The notes under the pieces are model-generated. The model had not been told where the DNA came from. It searched no databases and saw only the letters and a list, made by a program, of their open reading frames with translations. Made by a program: the position numbers and the translations under genes. From positions 1-48,076 of the IMG/VR virus record IMGVR_UViG_3300026138_000005: a stretch of 48,076 bases of DNA. The stretch is one strand, 5' to 3'. Shown here one piece after another: positions 9,119 through 18,900 of this stretch. Source of the stretch: a virus (lineage: Duplodnaviria; Caudoviricetes). Numbering within the stretch: the first letter of the stretch is position 1; every line of letters starts with the position of its first letter.

Positions 9119-10983
9119 CGCCTTTGGAAATAGCAAATCCATCCGCAGAAGTGGATGCAATTATTGTCGGTAGAAACTCAGGTAACGCTTCTATTAGCGG
9201 AGGAACAGGAGATGGAGCTTACTTGATCTTAGATAGTAGTGGTCAATACTTATCTTTAAACCATTATATATCTGATGATATTATTATAGGTAATGGCGGT
9301 GGAGATGTGGGTATTGGGACGACTTTGCCTCAATCTCGGTTGCATATATATACAGGAAACGGAGGGACATACATTCCAAATACTAACCACGATGATTTAA
9401 CTATTGAAGGCAGTACAAATATAGGTTTGCAATTATTTAGCCCTGCTAATACTTATCAATACATTGCTTTTGGAGATCCAAGTGCAGTAAATGCAGGGTA
9501 CATTAGATATTATCACGGTAATAATGAAATGGTTTTTAGGACTAATGGTGGCGATAGAGTCACTGTTAATTCTACTGGAGACGTAAGATTGCATTCTTAT
9601 GGTAGTGGTTCTAATACAGGTACAGCAGCCTACACACTGGCAGTGGATGCAAGCGGTAATATCATAGAAACATCAGGAGGAGGTAGCACACCAACGCTTC
9701 AAGAAGTTACCACAGCAGGAAACACTACCACAGATGATGTAGGTATTCAGGTGTCCAATCCTGTTTCTGCTTTACACATAGGCGATGGAAATAATACAAT
9801 ATCATCTGCATTATATTCAACTGACATAGTTAATGTTTCTGCACAGAATACAGCACCCGGTGTTAACATCATTTCAGCAGGTACATCTTCATTTAACAGA
9901 GGTGTATTTAAAGCTACAAGAGCAAAAGGAAGTCTTGCTTCTCCAAGTGCTCCTACAAGTGGAGACTATGTATTTAGTTTGTTAGGAGCAGCATATGATG
10001 GAACTTCTGCTTCACCTGCAACAGCAGGTGTAGAAATGCTTATTGATGGTGCTGTTTCACCAACTGCTGTGCCACAAAGAATAGAGCTCCAAACAGGTAC
10101 AGGAATAAGTAGGTCTACAAGAATGACCATCAAATCTGATGGAGATATTGGAGTTAATACTACAAATCCCCTAGCCAAACTTCATTTAGTTGGTGCAGAT
10201 ACATCAGTAAACACTGATGCACTTTTTGTTGAAAATAGTAGTGGCAATGATTTATTTAAAATTACTAACAGTGGTAATTTCTATATGAGTAGTGCTTCAA
10301 GATTTGCTTCCATTGTAATTAATAATGTAGATACAGTAGGTACAGGTAATTATAGTACAATAGTAGGCTACCAAGCAGGTGATGGTACAAATACGAATGG
10401 TCTTTATATGACTGCAATAGGAGCAAGAGCAGCACAACTTACAAATGGTGGTACATTCTCTGTAGCAGTAGGTATGAACTCAGCTAGAAATGCAGGGTCA
10501 TTGAGTAATGCTGTAGTTGTTGGTATGAATGCAGTAAATAATTCAGGTGGTTTTAGTAATTCAGTAGCTGTTGGTCGTTCAGCAGCAGAGCAATCAAATT
10601 TAACTACTTCTACTATTGTAGGTTATTATGCAGGTAGAGCAATGGGTGCAACTCAAAGGTCTAATAATGTATATATAGGCTACAATGTTGCTAGTTCATC
10701 TAATAATCAAAGTGGGAATACTTTTATAGGTTCTAATATTCAATCAAGTAGTACAGAAGCATTAAATGATACAATCATCATTGGTTCAAGTAGTCAGGAA
10801 AGACTAAGAGTAAGTGCTGATGGAGATGTTACTTGGACAGGTGGAAACTATATGAAGATTCAAACAGGAACGACAGCATCAAGACCTTCGTCTCCTGTAG
10901 CGGGAATGATTAGATTTAACACAACAACAGGAAAATATGAAGGATATGTAAATTCAATAACAGGTTGGGTTGACTTTCATTAA
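8236..10983 (+). CDS. long modular fibre/spike protein 2
   Basis: 915 aa; N-terminal beta-rich carbohydrate-binding-like block, GIGTSSP repeats, [AI][IV]GxxA repeats near the C-terminus, terminal GTTASRPSSPVAGMIRFNTTTGKYEGY. Confidence 0.85.
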   Translation: MANKALNIKDRLAVRGAIVEPSSMIGGNYLFSLQPHIEGGDLDGALNLTSGARGSYTIETIDDPDAPYGKVVKFPTGQQSFVAAYDIDIPVDAGDRVYIEATYMIPATDTGTQSNFYLGVNGLDKDKKLINSNFGLITYPVSNITLTADGNWYTVGGYATIPSSHTPYNGSDGGAVRYIKNYVLVNYGAGDREVYLSNVVVRKVEAFKDNADIYFRGNVGISTSSPASKLDINIALASSDGITIDTNDEVYSIWSNSNLGGLAINANTVGNATRYDLFIKHSNGNIGIGTSSPSAPLEIANPSAEVDAIIVGRNSGNASISGGTGDGAYLILDSSGQYLSLNHYISDDIIIGNGGGDVGIGTTLPQSRLHIYTGNGGTYIPNTNHDDLTIEGSTNIGLQLFSPANTYQYIAFGDPSAVNAGYIRYYHGNNEMVFRTNGGDRVTVNSTGDVRLHSYGSGSNTGTAAYTLAVDASGNIIETSGGGSTPTLQEVTTAGNTTTDDVGIQVSNPVSALHIGDGNNTISSALYSTDIVNVSAQNTAPGVNIISAGTSSFNRGVFKATRAKGSLASPSAPTSGDYVFSLLGAAYDGTSASPATAGVEMLIDGAVSPTAVPQRIELQTGTGISRSTRMTIKSDGDIGVNTTNPLAKLHLVGADTSVNTDALFVENSSGNDLFKITNSGNFYMSSASRFASIVINNVDTVGTGNYSTIVGYQAGDGTNTNGLYMTAIGARAAQLTNGGTFSVAVGMNSARNAGSLSNAVVVGMNAVNNSGGFSNSVAVGRSAAEQSNLTTSTIVGYYAGRAMGATQRSNNVYIGYNVASSSNNQSGNTFIGSNIQSSSTEALNDTIIIGSSSQERLRVSADGDVTWTGGNYMKIQTGTTASRPSSPVAGMIRFNTTTGKYEGYVNSITGWVDFH

Positions 10984-11009
10984 TTAAATAATTAAAACTT
11001 TTTTAAAAA

Positions 11010-11336
11010 ATGGCATTAGAATATTCAAAAGACCTTTATGGTAAAACATTTGCAAATGCATATGTAAGAATTTCACAGATTAGAACTAGGCAAGATGTTC
11101 TACAAACTGAAGTGGGATCAGAAGAAAATATCGAACAAGTTACAGAAAAAATTATTACAGGAGAATGTATTATTCAGGTATTCCCTGATCAGGCAACTAG
11201 AGACGCAGGTGGGGAAACTATGAAAATTGACAGGCTAGAAATTACCTTTGATAAAACATCAACAGATAATTTTTACGCTCAAGCGTATTCTCACTTGAAA
11301 ACATTAGACGAGTGGTCTGGAGCTACTGATGTGTAA
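11010..11336 (+). CDS. fibre-associated small protein (possible assembly chaperone)
   Basis: MAL...NAYVRI...NFYAQAYSHLKTLDEWSGATDV pattern, commonly seen right after fibre genes. Confidence 0.65.
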   Translation: MALEYSKDLYGKTFANAYVRISQIRTRQDVLQTEVGSEENIEQVTEKIITGECIIQVFPDQATRDAGGETMKIDRLEITFDKTSTDNFYAQAYSHLKTLDEWSGATDV

Positions 11337-11374
11337 TTAAAACAATATCTTACATTTAAGTCGCACCTAAATGA

Positions 11375-11821
11375 ATGAGGCTCAAAATATTAATACTACT
11401 TATACTTTGTGGTTATTTAGATTGCTATAGCCAATTTTGTGGCAGCGATAGGACTCTTATTATACCTTACGGTATTCGTAGTGTACATATTTATAGTGAC
11501 ACCACAAAGGTTTGTATTAATAAATATGGCAAGTATTTGCACATTGATAGAGGTTACGATTTGTCTGTTTATAAATTCCATACAACACGATGGATTAAAC
11601 ACAGATATAAGAATAAAAGATATCCTAATTCTGTTAATTATTTTGTCTCTGATAAACATTTATACATAGAATATTGGATAGTTAACAACAATAGGAATGT
11701 ATTGGTTTACATAGAAAAATACAATTTAATTAATTATGCCAACAAAAAAGAAAACAACAACAAGACGCAAAGCTACAACAAAAAGGAAGCCTGCTGCAAA
11801 GCGTGCAACGTCCAAACCTAG
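11375..11821 (+). CDS. hypothetical protein with putative signal peptide
   Basis: MRLKILILLILCGYLDCYS|Q; fills the intergenic gap but overlaps the next gene by 86 nt, so the 3' end is uncertain. Confidence 0.45.
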   Translation: MRLKILILLILCGYLDCYSQFCGSDRTLIIPYGIRSVHIYSDTTKVCINKYGKYLHIDRGYDLSVYKFHTTRWIKHRYKNKRYPNSVNYFVSDKHLYIEYWIVNNNRNVLVYIEKYNLINYANKKENNNKTQSYNKKEACCKACNVQT

Positions 11822-12110
11822 ATCCAAAACAGCTAGGGCTAAAAAGTCTATGAAGTGCGGAGAGGTAAGGAAGAGTACAAGAGCAGGAAAGAAAGTAATG
11901 AAGAAAGTCTGTAAAGGAGGTAAATCCAAAATGGTTCACGCTGGTGATTCCTCTATGAGGCATAACTACTCAGATAAGGCTAGGAAAAACTTCAAAGCCA
12001 GACACAAGTGTTCAACTGCAAAAGCAGGAACTGCTAGGCATTTGGCTTGCAACACACTATGGAAAAAAGGAGGATCTAAAAAAACAACAGGTAAAGGTAA
12101 ACGCAAGTAA
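11736..12110 (+). CDS. small basic protein with conserved HAGD...ARKNFKARHKC...ARHLAC..LW domain
   Basis: K/R-rich 124-aa ORF; the motif resembles an uncharacterised domain widespread in aquatic viruses. Confidence 0.8.
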   Translation: MPTKKKTTTRRKATTKRKPAAKRATSKPRSKTARAKKSMKCGEVRKSTRAGKKVMKKVCKGGKSKMVHAGDSSMRHNYSDKARKNFKARHKCSTAKAGTARHLACNTLWKKGGSKKTTGKGKRK

Positions 12111-12112
12111 TT

Positions 12113-12325
12113 ATGCCACAAAAGAAAAAATCAAACAGCAAGAAAAAAAGTACTGTAAATGCATCAGGTAATTACACTAAGCCTACAATGCGTAAGAGGC
12201 TTTTTGAAAAAATTAAAGCAGGTAGCAAAGGCGGTAGATCCGGTCAGTGGTCAGCACGTAAAGCACAGATGTTAGCAAAGCAGTACAAAGCTGCTGGCGG
12301 TGGTTATAAAAGTAAAAAGAAATAA
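12113..12325 (+). CDS. small basic protein (DUF5872-like N-terminal half)
   Basis: NYTKPTMRKRLFEKIKAGSKGGRSGQWSARKAQMLAKQYKAAGGGY; family name recalled, not searched. Confidence 0.8.
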   Translation: MPQKKKSNSKKKSTVNASGNYTKPTMRKRLFEKIKAGSKGGRSGQWSARKAQMLAKQYKAAGGGYKSKKK

Positions 12326-12328
12326 GTA

Positions 12329-12619
12329 ATGGCAAAAACCAAAAGACAAAAAAGTTTAGATAGGTGGACTAAACAGAAGTGGAGAACTGCTTCAGGTAAA
12401 AAGTCTAGTGAGACCGGTGAGGTATATGCACCTGCTAAAACTATTTCTAAACTTAAAAGCACAAAAGCAGGCAGAAAAAAGTTAGCAGCAGCTAATAGAA
12501 AAAAAAGAGCTGCTACTAAAGCTGGTAAGCAACACGCTAGTCACGGTATACATAAAGGTAAAAACCGTACAGGCGTTAAAAAGAAAACTACTAAAAAGAG
12601 AACTTCTAAAAAGAAATAA
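12329..12619 (+). CDS. small basic protein (DUF5872-like C-terminal half)
   Basis: QKSLDRWTKQKWRTASGKKSSETGEVYAP...KKRAATKAGKQ. Confidence 0.8.
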   Translation: MAKTKRQKSLDRWTKQKWRTASGKKSSETGEVYAPAKTISKLKSTKAGRKKLAAANRKKRAATKAGKQHASHGIHKGKNRTGVKKKTTKKRTSKKK

Positions 12620-12621
12620 TT

Positions 12622-12771
12622 ATGACTTGCAAAAAATGTAAAGGTAAAAGAAAGTGTAACTGTAAAAAATATAGAAACACAGGTAGAAAGACTATGGCTA
12701 CCAAGCGTCGTAAGTCAGTAGGAAAAAAAGCTGCTAAAACAGCTAATTCAAAAATCACTAAAAAAAGATAA
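12622..12771 (+). CDS. 49-aa Lys/Cys-rich micro-protein (not in ORF track)
   Basis: Manual translation MTCKKCKGKRKCNCKKYRNTGRKTMATKRRKSVGKKAAKTANSKITKKR*; 2-nt gaps to both neighbours. Confidence 0.7.
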   Translation: MTCKKCKGKRKCNCKKYRNTGRKTMATKRRKSVGKKAAKTANSKITKKR

Positions 12772-12892
12772 CTATGCCAAAAGTAGGAGGTAAAAAATTC
12801 CCTTACACTAAGAAGGGTAAAGCAGCAGCTAAAAAAGCTAAATCAGGTAGCAAAAAGTTTAAAAACACAGGTCGTAAGACTATGGCTACCAA
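12675..12892 (+). repeat. 30-bp direct repeat (12675-12704, 12863-12892) encoding NTGRKTMATK
   Basis: aaacacaggtagaaagactatggctaccaa vs aaacacaggtcgtaagactatggctaccaa, 28/30 identical, both differences in one synonymous Arg codon. Confidence 0.9.
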
Positions 12893-12944
12893 AAAAGGTA
12901 AAGCAGCAGGCAAGAGAACTGCAATGAGATCTAAAAAGTATTAA
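12774..12944 (+). CDS. 56-aa Lys-rich micro-protein (not in ORF track)
   Basis: Manual translation MPKVGGKKFPYTKKGKAAAKKAKSGSKKFKNTGRKTMATKKGKAAGKRTAMRSKKY*; ends 1 nt before the holin ATG. Confidence 0.75.
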   Translation: MPKVGGKKFPYTKKGKAAAKKAKSGSKKFKNTGRKTMATKKGKAAGKRTAMRSKKY

Positions 12945-12945
12945 T

Positions 12946-13356
12946 ATGCCAAACACTAAATTAGGAGCTATACTGTCAAATATATTTGGGGGTGCAGATA
13001 CAATAGCAGCACTGGGTGATGCCGTAGATAAAGTAACTACGACAAAAGAAGAAAAGGAGAAGCTAAAGAATGAACTCCAAAAAATATTAAATGACACACA
13101 GATGAAAGCTACGGATGCTATAACAGAGCGATGGGTAGCTGATAGTAAATCTGAGTCTTGGCTGACTCGATCTATAAGACCATTGTTTCTAATTTGGGTG
13201 ATTGTTAATTTCACATTCATTGTTTACGCAGATAGTATGAGTATACTTAATTTTGATGTTGATGATACATATGTTACAGTTTTTGGCAATCTTTTAATGA
13301 CGGTGGTGTTAGCGTACTTCGGTTCGAGAGGTGCAGAAAAAATTATGAAAAAGTAA
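12946..13356 (+). CDS. putative holin (GTA-type 3TM holin-like)
   Basis: VDKVTTTKEEK, RWVADSKSESWLTRSIRPL, two hydrophobic helices, AYFGSRGAEK. Confidence 0.8.
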   Translation: MPNTKLGAILSNIFGGADTIAALGDAVDKVTTTKEEKEKLKNELQKILNDTQMKATDAITERWVADSKSESWLTRSIRPLFLIWVIVNFTFIVYADSMSILNFDVDDTYVTVFGNLLMTVVLAYFGSRGAEKIMKK

Positions 13357-13443
13357 TTACTACCTATAATTACAAAAATGAAGCTATAAAACGTTATACT
13401 TGTACTTTATGTTCATACTATTTGTTAAATAAAAATTTTTGAA

Positions 13444-13656
13444 ATGAACGAATCAACAAAATCATTAATTAGACACATCCTAACTGCTTTAGGTGTATTA
13501 CTTGCAGCATTAGGTTTAGCAGATGCATCTGAATTGGTTAACGGAACGTTGGCTCAATTAGATTCTATTTGGGATGCAGCCTTAGTATTGGTGGGATTTG
13601 GAACATCAGTTGCTGCTTTTCTTTCAGGTAAAGAAAGATTCGAAGAAAGATCTTAA
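13444..13656 (+). CDS. small two-TM membrane protein (possible holin/antiholin)
   Basis: SLIRHILTALGVLLAALG and second hydrophobic segment AALVLVGFGTSVAAFL. Confidence 0.6.
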   Translation: MNESTKSLIRHILTALGVLLAALGLADASELVNGTLAQLDSIWDAALVLVGFGTSVAAFLSGKERFEERS

Positions 13657-13690
13657 TTACATAAGGGTACTTATAGATACCCACCTGTAA

Positions 13691-13722
13691 TTATGTAGAT
13701 AAAGAGGGTTTGTTGTATATTA
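13691..13722 (+). promoter_or_regulatory. putative late promoter copy 1 (TTATGTAGAT-N15-TATATTA)
   Basis: Same two boxes and spacing as at 19765 and 34221; 19 nt upstream of the ring gene ATG. Confidence 0.65.
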
Positions 13723-13741
13723 CAGCAAATCCTTTTTTATT

Positions 13742-14488
13742 ATGACGATCAAAGAAACACACGACTTAATCTTGTTTGAGTTAAATAAGAGCGAGTACGG
13801 ATATATTTCACACTCTGAAATTGATGATGTTCTAGACAGGGCGCAAATGGAAGAGTTTAAGTTTTTACTAGGGGATGAACGTGAATTCAGTGCAGGAAAC
13901 GCAATAGGGCGCACATCATTTGGAATTTCGCAATCCTTAAATAATGCGCTGAATCCGTTCATTTCTGTAGTTGAATACACTAATACAGAATACGATGGGT
14001 CTAACAATGGCACAGCATTGGCTTCTGCAAACCAAAACGACCCTGCTTACTTGGTACTCCCATCTGATTGGGTTTATACTTTAGAGTGGGTCAAGTCAGA
14101 TGGAGCTAGGTTTGAGGTGATACCTCAGGGCAAGATTAGCAGCAGAGTTAGGTCTAATATAAATACAGGGGAGTTCATTACTTACGCCGGAGAAGGTGGT
14201 ACATTCAATGGGTTTAGTTTTTCTACACCTTCTTATCGCAGATATAATAGAGCTTCAGGTACTGGAGGCATAACAGTAACTTTGCATTATCTAAAAAGAC
14301 CTGCTAAGCCAAACTTTTCTTACACTCAGTCAGGACGTGTAATCACACATAACGCTGGGACAAGTACAGATCTTGAATGGGACGATCTTCACGTGAATAA
14401 GATTATAGTAAGGGCATTGATATTGTTAGGAATTAACGTGGAGAATCAAAGCGTAATCGCATTAAATAATCAAAAGAATAAAGACTAA
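13742..14488 (+). CDS. crAss-like tail ring/adaptor protein (P22 gp4-like tail tubular)
   Basis: LNKSEYGYISHSEID..L.RAQME.F N-terminus and LHYLKRPAKPNFSY...STDLEW....NKIIVRALILLGIN C-terminus, resembling ring proteins of crAss-like/Flavobacteria podoviruses. Confidence 0.72.
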   Translation: MTIKETHDLILFELNKSEYGYISHSEIDDVLDRAQMEEFKFLLGDEREFSAGNAIGRTSFGISQSLNNALNPFISVVEYTNTEYDGSNNGTALASANQNDPAYLVLPSDWVYTLEWVKSDGARFEVIPQGKISSRVRSNINTGEFITYAGEGGTFNGFSFSTPSYRRYNRASGTGGITVTLHYLKRPAKPNFSYTQSGRVITHNAGTSTDLEWDDLHVNKIIVRALILLGINVENQSVIALNNQKNKD

Positions 14489-15168
14489 TGACTAAAGGTG
14501 CTATTGTAGAATTAGTTCTAAGAAGACTAGAGGGAGGCGATTATGCTGACTCTCAATTCACTGAAGCTGAAGTAGCATTTTATGTTGAAACAGCTTTTAA
14601 TAAATTATATAAAGTAGCTGCCAATGACTTTTTGGCTCAAGGTTTATCTATACCAGATTCAACAATGTTGGCTAAGTTTGAAGTCACAGGAACGAAGAAT
14701 CAGGATGGAGCTCCTGATGCTGAGAGTTACGAAGTAAACTATTATGAAATAGAGTTACCTGTATCTCCGGTAAGTTTGCCTAATGGATTAGGTTTGTTCA
14801 AGCTATATCCTAAGGGAAGGTCTACAGGTGGAGCTAGAAGAGAGTTTGTGCCTGTACCTAATGGGCAGCAATTTCTTATGCAAAGCTCAATAATATCTAC
14901 AAACTTCTTAGAGAACTTAGATCACTACGAATGGGAAGGAGGCAGAACTGTTTTTGCTAAATTCAGTAATGCTAATGCTGTTACGGATACTACTAAAACT
15001 TTTATAGTTTTTATGGTAGTTAATAACTTTAAATCTTTGTCAGACTCTGTAGAGATAAACTTTCCTCAAGAGATGGTAAACGATATAGTTACATTAACTG
15101 TGCAGCTTTTGTCTGGAGTACAGGAGGATGACTCGTCTACTAACTTTAATAATAAACCTGCTAGATAA
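14488..15168 (+). CDS. putative tail ring protein 2
   Basis: TAATG-coupled; YYEIELPVSPVSLPNGLG, FPQEMVNDIV; ring-protein size and position. Confidence 0.6.
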   Translation: MTKGAIVELVLRRLEGGDYADSQFTEAEVAFYVETAFNKLYKVAANDFLAQGLSIPDSTMLAKFEVTGTKNQDGAPDAESYEVNYYEIELPVSPVSLPNGLGLFKLYPKGRSTGGARREFVPVPNGQQFLMQSSIISTNFLENLDHYEWEGGRTVFAKFSNANAVTDTTKTFIVFMVVNNFKSLSDSVEINFPQEMVNDIVTLTVQLLSGVQEDDSSTNFNNKPAR

Positions 15169-15941
15169 TGAATAACGGAGTAGCAACAACAACAATGGAC
15201 TCTATAGTAAGAACAGTATTGGTTGAGATGAATCTTCCAATACATTCCTATTTTAGGGCAGCAAGTATAGGCATACGCACTATGAGGGATTTGAATCTAG
15301 GTACGTTACCATATGTGAAAACAGTGAGACTTACTGTTGATGAATTTAGAGAATGCGACATACCTTCGGATTTAGTGGATTGGATTAAGGTCGGCGTTGA
15401 AAAAGGTAAAGAGATCGTACCTATGGGTGAGAATAAATCTTACAACAGATTACCTAACTTAGACGATGCAGATGCTCAGATATCTTACGATGAACCTAGT
15501 GGTCACACGATATCTATAAACTCAAGCTTTAACAACTACACGTTTGGTAGGTCTGTAAACGATTACGGTGAGATAAATGGAAAGATGTTTGGTCTTGGCA
15601 ACGCTCATCGTGCTGATGAATTTAAGTTTATACCTGAGCGATCTAAGATTTTAGTGGGTGGTAATAGGTCTGAAAACGATATCCTGTATCTTGAATATGT
15701 AGCTTACGATAAAAGCCAGTTCTATACAGGTATTCCTGTTGTGGCTACACCTTACATTGAGCAGAGCATTAGATTTAATTTTGCTCGATACGACAGAACA
15801 GGTAGGCTAGGAGACACCAATAGAGAGCAGCAGATTCTTTCTAACGAAAAAAGAAAACTAAGAGCAGCATTGACTAAGATAGATACAGACAGTATGTTGA
15901 GGTTGTTCAGATCGAATTATAAACAATCAATCAAAGCGTAA
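15168..15941 (+). CDS. putative tail ring protein 3
   Basis: TAATG-coupled; KTVRLTV...IPSDLVDWIKVG...ILYLEYV...IPVVATPYIEQSI pattern of the ring protein that precedes the muzzle gene. Confidence 0.65.
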   Translation: MNNGVATTTMDSIVRTVLVEMNLPIHSYFRAASIGIRTMRDLNLGTLPYVKTVRLTVDEFRECDIPSDLVDWIKVGVEKGKEIVPMGENKSYNRLPNLDDADAQISYDEPSGHTISINSSFNNYTFGRSVNDYGEINGKMFGLGNAHRADEFKFIPERSKILVGGNRSENDILYLEYVAYDKSQFYTGIPVVATPYIEQSIRFNFARYDRTGRLGDTNREQQILSNEKRKLRAALTKIDTDSMLRLFRSNYKQSIKA

Positions 15942-18900
15942 TGAATCAGAAGTTTTTACCTTTGGGTGGTGTTAATCTTAGTACTTCACTAGGATTGATT
16001 CCTCCTACAGATTATACGGCATCGTTCAACTGCCACATATCGAATGACTCTGAAGGTAAAGCAGGAGCCATTACGAATATTATGGGTAACGTTCCAACGT
16101 CCATACCGTACTTAGAGACAGAGGCGCAAAACCCATACTACGATTACTATAAGCAGCCAGATATAATAAACGGTGGATACCACACACCTAGTGTTACTGA
16201 ATACAATGGGACTTCTATTGCATCTAAAGGATGGGATAAGTTCTTTTTTGAAACACACAAAGGTCGTGTGTTGGGTGTGTATGAAGAACCTGAGAGAAGA
16301 AGATTGTATTATTACATAGGATGGGATGGCTTTACTTTCAAGAATACAGTAGACGGATTAGAAGGTTCTTTACGCAAGAATAGTGGTATCTTAGCTTTAG
16401 TTTGCTTTGAACAATATGAAACAATAGATGACTACTACATCCTACAGCAGAACGGATCTATTATAATTACCGATGATGGTGACTTCTTAGTGAACGAAGA
16501 GGCTGAGGATGGTGATTTATTAGGGCAAACATATATGGTTGGATTGTGGGGATTTGGTGATGAGACATATACTTGGGGCGATACATTCAATCTTACTGGT
16601 ATTGGTAAGATAGGTAACGAAATGTATTGGGCAATGGGTGACAAGTTCGACCCAATGACAATAGATGCAGAGAGAGGAATATTGACTTATCAAAGCTCAT
16701 ATGTTTCTGAATATAATTCAAACAACACAGCTTACGATTTAGTGAGCAGGTCTACATTTGATGACACTTATTATATTGACTCGGTAGACACTAACTGTGA
16801 TCAAGATAGGTACGATGCGTACTTTAATCCTAATGAATTTACATTCATAAGAAGAGGTGGGATTAGACCACCTTCAGTTGTCCCAAGCTATGACAGCTCT
16901 AAGCCTAGAATAATAGGTGGTAATGTTCTTCAGTTTGCTTACAGGTATGTATATAAAAATGGGTACAGGTCTGTATTATCTCCATTCAGTAGCAAGACAA
17001 AATCTACGAACATAGACGAGTCTGATTACTACAATGTTGTAACTATATACTTCCCTAATAATGAAGAGATACCTAAAGACGTTGACCGAGTAGAGCTTTG
17101 TGTAAGGAGAGGTACTTTTGATAGTACAGATTCTAACTGGTCTGTTATAGAAATAATTAGCAGGTCTGATATGGTTGAAAGTGCATCAGGAAACTTTTCT
17201 GAGTTTACAACTGATTATACAGGAGAAAGGGTAGGAGAAATAATAGATGCAGGGTCAGCTTCGTTATTGTTTGACGCTGTGCCATATAGAGCAGAAGCAT
17301 TAGAGACGGCTAAGAACAGAGCATTTATGGGTAACGTTATTCCGGCAGGTAGCTTTGATGTTGCTGCTGATGATTTTACGTTGCAGTTTTCTTTGAATGA
17401 TGTTATAAACGCAACCATCAGAGGATCTTACGTGTACTACAATACATTGATTGTTGGCGCAGCCGTTGGAGGAGCAGGCTCATATAATGTACAGAATTTT
17501 TATGCCGTTGTAAATGACAATGGTAATCCAGCTAATAATGGATTATACCCAGTTCCTTCGGGATTTACCGCAGCTGATTTCAACGCAAAAACACTACCTG
17601 ACACTTTGTTTGTTCACCCATCCGAAGCTTTAATATCTTGGTCAGGATCTACTAAGACCGATCCTCAGATAAGGGCATTGGTTGAGGATTACTATCAAGA
17701 CATAGAGACAAATCAAATAAATGCTACTACTACTGTCATATCCACTCAAACATCTCCTCAGCAAACACCAACTATGGTGAATTTAGGTAGTACGTCTAGT
17801 GGGGTTCAGTATAAGGGTGGCGGATCTTATCAATTAGGTATAATACCTTTTGATAGCAAAGGAAGAACCTGCGGGGTTATTACAGATCCTGAATGGATTG
17901 TCGATGTTCCTGAAAGAACTTATAGTGATGCAAGAACAAAAACTAGTGTGAAAGCTACGTTTGTGAACGCTCCTGATTGGGTTTCTCATTTTGCTTTTGC
18001 CAGAACAAAATGTTTAAACATATCTTCATTCTTGCAATACAAAGGGTCTACAACTACTTCTGTTAAATACGCAAGAACAAAACGAATTGACGACGTCACT
18101 TCTTATGAGCTTATAAATACAGGTGCGTTATCTACAGTGCCTACTGCCGAATTTATAGCAGTAAGCTTGAAGGGTATTATAGAAGAGGGCGGTGGTTTTG
18201 AGATAAATCAAGAAAGTACATATAGGGTATTGGTGAAAGACGCTACAAATGAAATTGAAGTTTCTCCAATAGCTATGCACGTAGAAGGTGCCGGTGAGCT
18301 TTGGTTAATATGTACTTTGGCAGACTACGATTGCCCTAGTATACTAGCTGATCAACCTATAATAGAAATCAGAGAGCTAGTACCTTTGCTTGAAAAACCT
18401 TTGTTCTACGAAACAAAAGCTTTCGGAAAGACTGGCAACTCTGGACAAATATTTAACTTGTTGGGTGATGTTACATTGCTGTCAGATCAAAGCGGTAATA
18501 TAAACGAGTATCAAAACCCTAATCGTGAAAGGAAAAACTTTTTAGATTTAAGCGTAGGTAGGACTTACATTGCTGCTCCTGATCAAAAGCAGAAACGTAT
18601 AGGTGACAGGGTGTATTACTCTGGGATATCTACACCAGATTCTGAGCGTACATTTATAAATAATGTAAGTGCATTAGACTACAAAGAAACATCTGACAAC
18701 GGTGGCGAGATAAAGAAATTAGTTATGTCCTCGACTACAGATGTTTATGGTCAGGTGATGTTAGCTATAGCAGAGACCAACACTACTTCTATATATCTAG
18801 GCGAAACATTGATTAGAGACAAAGAGGGAGAAATGTTGACGACTGGATCTCCTGATGTTATTGGTGGTATGTCTGAAGTTAGAGGTATGTTTGGTACATC

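Noticed and set aside
13365-13402. Fourth copy of the late-promoter motif (TTACAAAAAT-N15-TATACTTG)
   Set aside because: Spacing matches but the upstream box is poor; could be chance in AT-rich DNA.
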